A stretch of DNA of 64,000 bases from Alphaproteobacteria bacterium (lineage in GTDB: Bacteria; Pseudomonadota; Alphaproteobacteria; GCA-2731375). A model generated the notes under the pieces. The model searched no databases. It was not told the origin of the DNA and saw nothing but the letters and a program-made list of their open reading frames with translations. Location: assembly GCA_016776605.1 (NCBI GenBank), contig JADHTB010000002.1, positions 130,842 to 194,841 of the forward strand, in the 5' to 3' direction. Below, piece after piece: positions 58,443-64,000 of this stretch. Position 1 is the first letter of the stretch. The number at the start of each line of letters is the position of its first letter. Made by a program: the position numbers and the translations under genes.

Positions 58443-60775
58443 CAGGCAACCTTCCCTTCGGCATTGGCTGCCGTCCGGTCATCGCGGGCCTTTTTTTCCA
58501 GCAGTTCCATCAACCGGTCCGGCGTCAGGGGAAGCTCGGTCGCCCGCACGCCCATGGCGTCGGCAACGGCGTTGGTCAGGGCGGGTAGAAAGCCGGTTAA
58601 GGAACCTTCGCCGGCCTCCTTGGCGCCAAACGGGCCGTGGGGATCGTTGGCCTCGATAATGCCAACTTCGATAGGCGGCGATTCCATGATGGTGGGTACG
58701 CGATAATCCAACATATTGGCATGCAAGGGCAGGCCTTCGTGAAAGCGGGTCTCTTCGGACATGGCCTGTCCCATGCCCATCCAGACGGAACCCTGGACCT
58801 GACCTTCCACCGCCAAGGGGTTCAAGGCCTTGCCGCAATCATGGGCAACCCAGACCTTGTCCACCGTGATCTCCGCCGTATAGGGATCGACCGTAACCTC
58901 GACCACTTGGGCTGCATAGCTGAACGCCATGGTGCCGCCGATCGCCGCGCCGCGGTATTTCCTGCCGCCCCAGGATTCGGGAATAGTGTCGTAGGTGCCT
59001 TTGACGGCAAGCGTACCTTCGCCATTCAGGGCCTCCATGACCACTTCTTCGAAGGTCAGGCCCTGATCTTGTTGGCCACCGCGATAGACCTCGCCCAGGC
59101 ATTCCACATCCGCCGGCGGAATATCCAGCTTTCTGGCGGCAGCCTCGATCAGCAAGGCTTTTAAATTTTGCGCGGCGTCGATGGATGCGTTACCCACCAT
59201 GAAGGTGACCCGCGAGGAATAGGAGCCATTGTCCTTGGGTGTTAAGGCGCTGTCGGAGGCGATTACCCGGATACGGCCCATGTCCACGCCCAGGGTTTCC
59301 GCGACGCATTGCGCCATCACGGTGGAGGAGCCCTGGCCGATCTCGGCCGCCCCGGTCAAAAGCGTGATCGAGGCATCCCAATCCACGCGCAGATGGATTG
59401 TGGCATGGGGTTCGCCGGTCCAGTGTTTGGGTTTGGAGGCGCCGGAAATGTAGTGCGAGCAGGCCATGCCCAAACCCTTGTTGGGGCCCAATTTACCCTT
59501 GCGCTGTTTCCAGCCGCTGGCTTTTTCGGCCCAATCCAGGCACTGATCCAAACCATAGCTGTTCACCAGCAAATCATTCTCGGTCATGGTTGGGGCCACC
59601 AGCAGATTGGCCCGGCGCACGGCAAAGGGATCAAGGCCCAGTTCCGTCGCCATGCCGTCGATCAGGTTTTCAAAGGCAAAACGGGTCTTTACCGTGCCAT
59701 GGCCGCGAAAGGCGCCGCAGGGCGGGGTGTTGGTCAGTACGCGGCAACCTTTGAAACGGGCGGAGACGATGTCATAGATGCCATAGATCAACGAGCCGGC
59801 ATACAAAATGGTCACGATGCCATAGCCGCTATAGGCGCCGCCGCGCTGTTGGGCCGAGAAGTCGACGGCGGTGATGGTGCCGTCCTTTTTCATGCCAACC
59901 TTCATCTTGATCTGGGTTTCGGGCCGACCGCGATGGGTGATAAAGGTCTCCTCGCGGCTCAACACGACCTTTACCGTGGCCCGCGCCTTGCGCGCCAAAA
60001 GACCGGCGATCAGATCGCTTTGCAGGGTTTCCGTACGGCAGCCGAAACCGCCGCCGATATGGGGCTTAATCACCCGAATATGAGACTCCGGCAGGGCCAT
60101 GGTACGGGCCAGCATCTTGTGCACATAAAACGGCACCTGGGTTGACGGCCTGATCGTCAGCCGCTCCCGCGCCGCGTCATATTCGGCAAAGGCGGCGTGT
60201 GGTTCCATCTGGGCCTGGCAGACCTCGGCGCAATGGAAATCAAGCTCGCGCACCAGATCGGCCGCCGCCATGCCGGCGTCCACATCGCCTAAATCGAAAT
60301 CGACCTCGCGTTCGATATTGCCCGGCTTGTCGTCGTGCAACAGCTTCGCGCCTTGGGCGCGTGCCTGGTCCGCGGTGAAATAGGCGGGTAGTTCCTCATA
60401 ACTGACATCGATCAAATCCAGGGCCCGTTGCGCCGTGGCGACATCCACCGCCGCCACCGCCGCCACCGGTTCGCCGCGATAGCGGACCCGGTGCCGGGCC
60501 AGGGCCCATTCGTTCATGGCGATGGGCAGCACGCCATAGCTATCGGCGCAGTCGGCCTCTGTTATCACCGCCAGCACGCCGGGCAGAGCCTCGGCCTTGC
60601 TGGTATCGATGGCAACGATATTGGCATGGGCCAGGGGACTGCGCAGAATGCGGCCCACAAGTGCGTCCACCACCTGGAAATCAGCGGCGAACATGGCCTT
60701 GCCCGTGGTCTTTTCCGGGCCGTCAACCAGCGGCTTGGGGATGCCGATGGACAGTATGGGCGTGATCTTGTTCAT
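58442..60775 (-). CDS. hcrA: 4-hydroxybenzoyl-CoA reductase alpha subunit (Moco)
   Basis: Xanthine oxidase family: GGGFG, AFRGHG, GAAEIGQG, DNGSYSSR and PFGAKEAGEG. Confidence 0.9.
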   Translation of the reverse strand: MNKITPILSIGIPKPLVDGPEKTTGKAMFAADFQVVDALVGRILRSPLAHANIVAIDTSKAEALPGVLAVITEADCADSYGVLPIAMNEWALARHRVRYRGEPVAAVAAVDVATAQRALDLIDVSYEELPAYFTADQARAQGAKLLHDDKPGNIEREVDFDLGDVDAGMAAADLVRELDFHCAEVCQAQMEPHAAFAEYDAARERLTIRPSTQVPFYVHKMLARTMALPESHIRVIKPHIGGGFGCRTETLQSDLIAGLLARKARATVKVVLSREETFITHRGRPETQIKMKVGMKKDGTITAVDFSAQQRGGAYSGYGIVTILYAGSLIYGIYDIVSARFKGCRVLTNTPPCGAFRGHGTVKTRFAFENLIDGMATELGLDPFAVRRANLLVAPTMTENDLLVNSYGLDQCLDWAEKASGWKQRKGKLGPNKGLGMACSHYISGASKPKHWTGEPHATIHLRVDWDASITLLTGAAEIGQGSSTVMAQCVAETLGVDMGRIRVIASDSALTPKDNGSYSSRVTFMVGNASIDAAQNLKALLIEAAARKLDIPPADVECLGEVYRGGQQDQGLTFEEVVMEALNGEGTLAVKGTYDTIPESWGGRKYRGAAIGGTMAFSYAAQVVEVTVDPYTAEITVDKVWVAHDCGKALNPLAVEGQVQGSVWMGMGQAMSEETRFHEGLPLHANMLDYRVPTIMESPPIEVGIIEANDPHGPFGAKEAGEGSLTGFLPALTNAVADAMGVRATELPLTPDRLMELLEKKARDDRTAANAEGKVA

Positions 60776-61242
60776 GCGCTCAACTCCCGGGCCGCGAATT
60801 GTACCGCCTCGATGATCTTCACATAGCCTGTACAGCGGCAGATGTTCGCGGCCAGGGCGGCGCGGATGTCCGCCTCACTGGGATCAGGATTGCGGCGTAA
60901 TAGAGCCTCGGATGCCATGATCATGCCCGGCGTGCAAAAGCCGCATTGCGCGCCCAGTTTTTCATGAAAGCCGCGCTGGATCGCCGTTAACCGGCCATCG
61001 CGGGACAGCCCATCGACGGTTTCAACCTTGGCATTCTGGCAGGTTGCCGCCAGGGTCAGGCAGGCGTGGCGTGGCCGGTCATTAATCAGCACCGTGCAGG
61101 CGCCGCACTCACCGCCATCGCAGCCGATCTTGGTGCCGGTCAGGCCCGCTTTTTCGCGCAGATAATCCACCAGCAGCATATTATCGGGGACGACATCATC
61201 ACGGTTGATGCCGTTGACGGTCAGGGAAAGGGTTGTTTTCAC
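60772..61242 (-). CDS. hcrC: 4-hydroxybenzoyl-CoA reductase gamma subunit (2Fe-2S)
   Basis: GCDGGECGACT, QCGFCTPG and CRCTGY; GTG start. Confidence 0.9.
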   Translation of the reverse strand: MKTTLSLTVNGINRDDVVPDNMLLVDYLREKAGLTGTKIGCDGGECGACTVLINDRPRHACLTLAATCQNAKVETVDGLSRDGRLTAIQRGFHEKLGAQCGFCTPGMIMASEALLRRNPDPSEADIRAALAANICRCTGYVKIIEAVQFAARELSA

Positions 61243-61290
61243 GCTATGGCTCCCGCATCAATGGTCCTGTTCCGATGCGGAGATTATAGT

Positions 61291-61321
61291 CAAATATTGT
61301 TGGGTACCCAAACAATATTTG
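61291..61321. promoter_or_regulatory. 31-bp near-perfect palindrome upstream of hcrC (putative operator)
   Basis: caaatattgttgggt|acccaaacaatatttg, with a one-base bulge. Confidence 0.6.
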
Positions 61322-61435
61322 ACTGCTGTGCAGGCCGGCATCAATTCGGGTTTATGGTGGCGGCGGCCGAACCACAACCAGCCTGACGGCGGAAATCGCC
61401 GCCAGACCGGTTCAGGTTTGCTTGTTGGCCGGCTC

Positions 61436-61825
61436 TTAACCCATGACGATGGGCAGGGCGACCATCACCAGGCCGACGATGGAGACCGCCCATACGGCGG
61501 TGCGCAGCCACGGTATCCCAAACAAATAAATCACGGCGTGGGCCAGCCGGGCGCCAACAAAGATTTGCGCCCCAAGGGCCGTATTAGCGTTGTTCAGACC
61601 GGCCACTTGCACGATCAATACCAACGCGGCGAACAGGATCAGGTTTTCCAGCATGTTCTGATGCGCCCGCTTGGCCCGCCCGGCCATGGCGGTTTCCACC
61701 ACATCGTCCCTGTTACCCGCCAGTGCGGGCAGACCAACCTGCATCAAGGCCAACAGCACGGCTACAATTACTTGGCCAAAGGTCAGGACCACGGCCCAGA
61801 ATAACATCGACAATTCAACAGTCAT
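61436..61825 (-). CDS. MAPEG family membrane protein
   Basis: RAKRAHQNMLENL and ARLAHAVIY..G.PWLRT. Confidence 0.88.
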   Translation of the reverse strand: MTVELSMLFWAVVLTFGQVIVAVLLALMQVGLPALAGNRDDVVETAMAGRAKRAHQNMLENLILFAALVLIVQVAGLNNANTALGAQIFVGARLAHAVIYLFGIPWLRTAVWAVSIVGLVMVALPIVMG

Positions 61826-61961
61826 CTCAATCCCCTCTGCAGTTCATAAATATTAACCATAGATATTGCGGTACGTTCCAGACGGTACGCTAAATATGGA
61901 CAAAATCCAAGCTGCAAAGACGCGGCAGGTGGACCTGGGGATGGCTGCCCGCGATGGAGGT

Positions 61962-62777
61962 CTATGGATCGCTCCGCAAGCTTGGCAGACCAATACCCAC
62001 CGCATCAAAGCCGCCGTCGACGGCCAGGATCTGCCCGGTGATATAGCTCGCCTGATCGCTGCACAGAAACCAGATCGCGTCGGCAATCTCTTGTTCCAGA
62101 CCATAACGGTTCAGGGGAATAGCATCGTGGTAATCCGCGCGGATTGCCGGGCTATGCACGGCCTTGGCCATGGCGGTGTCGACCGGGCCGGGGGATACGC
62201 CGTTGACCCGTATGCCGGCCTCGCCCAATTCCGCCGCCTGCTGTTTGGTCAGATGCATCAGTCCGGCCTTGGAGGTGCCATAGGCAACCCGCAAGGTACT
62301 GGCGCGCAGTCCAGAGACCGAGGTGATATTGACGATACTGCCGCCGCCGCCGGCGATCATCACCGGCGCGCAGGCCTGGCTACACAGGAAAGGGCCGCTC
62401 AGGTTGACGTCCAGCACCCGCTGCCATTCAGCAAAACTTGTCTGCAACAAGGGTTTGAACACGGCGGTGCCGGCATTGTTAACCAGGGCGTCTATGCGGC
62501 CGAAACGGCCGGCGATCTGATCGACGGCGCCTTGCACCTGATCGGGTTCCGCCACATCGCAGGTAACCGCCATGAGTTCCCCCGTAGCGGCATTGGGGGC
62601 GGCATTGGGGGCGGAATTGGGAGCGGTGAGGGCGTCCATGGTCTGTCCAAGGGTTTCGCCATCAATATCCAGCAGCGCCACATGCCAGCCTTCGCGGAGA
62701 AATTTCTCCACCGTTGTCCGCCCGATACCGCGCGCGGCACCGGTAACGACGGCGACTTTCGTAACCGGCTCGTTCAT
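61962..62777 (-). CDS. SDR oxidoreductase
   Basis: TGAARGIG, NNAG and YGTSK; contains a 12-bp in-frame repeat encoding APNS/APNA/APNA. Confidence 0.9.
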   Translation of the reverse strand: MNEPVTKVAVVTGAARGIGRTTVEKFLREGWHVALLDIDGETLGQTMDALTAPNSAPNAAPNAATGELMAVTCDVAEPDQVQGAVDQIAGRFGRIDALVNNAGTAVFKPLLQTSFAEWQRVLDVNLSGPFLCSQACAPVMIAGGGGSIVNITSVSGLRASTLRVAYGTSKAGLMHLTKQQAAELGEAGIRVNGVSPGPVDTAMAKAVHSPAIRADYHDAIPLNRYGLEQEIADAIWFLCSDQASYITGQILAVDGGFDAVGIGLPSLRSDP

Positions 62778-62833
62778 GGCGCCTCCATCTCTCAGGCTGC
62801 TTGTTTCAGACAGCTTGTCTCAGGCTGGTTGTA

Positions 62834-63247
62834 TCAAGCTGGGCGGAATACGGGCAGGGTCAAATCAGCCGTGGCGTCTTCATAGTCCAGACGAACCGGC
62901 ATCCCGACACAGAGCTGGTCTGCCTCCACGTCCCTGATCTGGGCGCATATGCGGACACCTTCCTCCATATCCACGGTGACCAGCATCATGGGCAGGTCGC
63001 CTAAAAAGCCTGGGTGAAAGGCATGGTGCGTAATGGTCCAGCTATGCAGCTTGCCCTGGCCACTGGCCCGCACCCAGTCCACTTCCATGGAATAGCAGCT
63101 ATCGCACACCGGGCGGGGGTAGTGCCGGATCTTGCCGCAATCGGCGCACCGCTGCAGGCGCATGGCGTGATCTTTCAGACTGTCCCAGAACGGTTTGCTG
63201 TCCCGGTTCAGCGGCGGCATGGGTTTGTCGTAGGCCGTGTCTGACAT
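62834..63247 (-). CDS. DUF35 Zn-ribbon/OB-fold thiolase partner
   Basis: PFW, QRCADCG...YPR.VCDSC and G.G.LHSWT. Confidence 0.88.
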   Translation of the reverse strand: MSDTAYDKPMPPLNRDSKPFWDSLKDHAMRLQRCADCGKIRHYPRPVCDSCYSMEVDWVRASGQGKLHSWTITHHAFHPGFLGDLPMMLVTVDMEEGVRICAQIRDVEADQLCVGMPVRLDYEDATADLTLPVFRPA

Positions 63248-63263
63248 GATTTTTTCCATTGGA

Positions 63264-64000
63264 CTAATTCCGCATGATGGCGACGGCGCCATCTCCCATA
63301 TCGCCATAGCCGGTAACCAGGCCAATATTGGCGTTGGCGACCTGGGCCCTGCCACCAGTACCGCGCAATTGTTTGACCAACTCACAGACGTGGTTCATGC
63401 CGATGATATGGGATTGCGAGAGCAATCCGCCGTGGGTATTGATGGGCAGTTCACCGCCCAGGGCGATGCGGCCGTTGGAAACAAAATCCCCGCCTTCACC
63501 TTTCTTGCAAAAGCCCAGATCTTCCAACTGGCACATCACGATATAGGTGAAACAGTCATAGATTTCGGCGACGTCGATATCCTTGTGGCTGACGCCGGCC
63601 ATGCCGAACGCCCGCGGCGCTGCCTTGGCCGTGCCAAGGGTGGTTATGTCCGGGCGCTGGGTGATGGTGGAGGGGGAGTCGGGATGCCCCTCGGCCACGC
63701 CCATGATGTAGATCGGCTTTTGCGCCAGATCCTTGGCCGCCTCGGCCCTGGAAATGATAACCGCCGCGCCGCCATCGCTCTCCAGGCAGCAATCGAACAG
63801 ACGCAGAGGGTCCGATATCATGCGGGAATTCTGATGATCCTCGATGGTCATCGGTTTTTGCATCACCGCATTGTCGTTCAGGATGGCATTCGAACGCACG
63901 GTCACGGCGATTTCCGCCAATTGACGCGACGTCGTGCCGTACATTTCCATATGGCGGCGCGCCATGTGCGCATACAGCTGTGGCGGCGCGATATTCCCCG
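63264..64000 (-). CDS. SCP2/Ltp-type thiolase family protein (5' partial, runs off window end)
   Basis: DCCLESDGG, EIYDCFT, INTHGGLLS and ELVKQLRG. Confidence 0.88.
   Translation of the reverse strand, partial: GNIAPPQLYAHMARRHMEMYGTTSRQLAEIAVTVRSNAILNDNAVMQKPMTIEDHQNSRMISDPLRLFDCCLESDGGAAVIISRAEAAKDLAQKPIYIMGVAEGHPDSPSTITQRPDITTLGTAKAAPRAFGMAGVSHKDIDVAEIYDCFTYIVMCQLEDLGFCKKGEGGDFVSNGRIALGGELPINTHGGLLSQSHIIGMNHVCELVKQLRGTGGRAQVANANIGLVTGYGDMGDGAVAIMRN

Noticed and set aside
61866..62885. 339-aa plus-strand ORF, and other long antisense ORFs such as 43157-44236 and 18104-18970
   Set aside because: They are shadows of well-supported opposite-strand genes in GC-rich DNA and have no motifs of their own.

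Overview
A GC-rich alphaproteobacterial chromosomal segment, probably Rhodospirillales-like (inferred from gene content and synteny). Core and metabolic content includes the xth-erpA-dgt-argS-SPOR-nagZ-scpAB-tatABC block, purB, a pimCD-like acyl-CoA dehydrogenase pair, otnK-otnC, znuCB-zur, flagellin-flbT-flaF divergent from a TPR/GT41 glycosyltransferase, and a 4-hydroxybenzoyl-CoA reductase hcrCAB operon. The unusual part is about 18-26.9 kb. Three cargo genes (SAM methyltransferase, PAS adenylate cyclase, MFS transporter) lie there between diverged, decaying copies of the flanking DNA: cyclase-cupin x2, sulfatase 3' end plus GFA gene x3. The region also holds two internally deleted REP-associated tyrosine transposase (RAYT) units with REP-like motifs. 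A ~105-bp multi-hairpin repeat with compensatory base changes occurs 4-5 times across the window, often overlapping TAG stop codons. I recognised no rRNA, tRNA or CRISPR array. All calls come from reading the sequence; no database searches were run.
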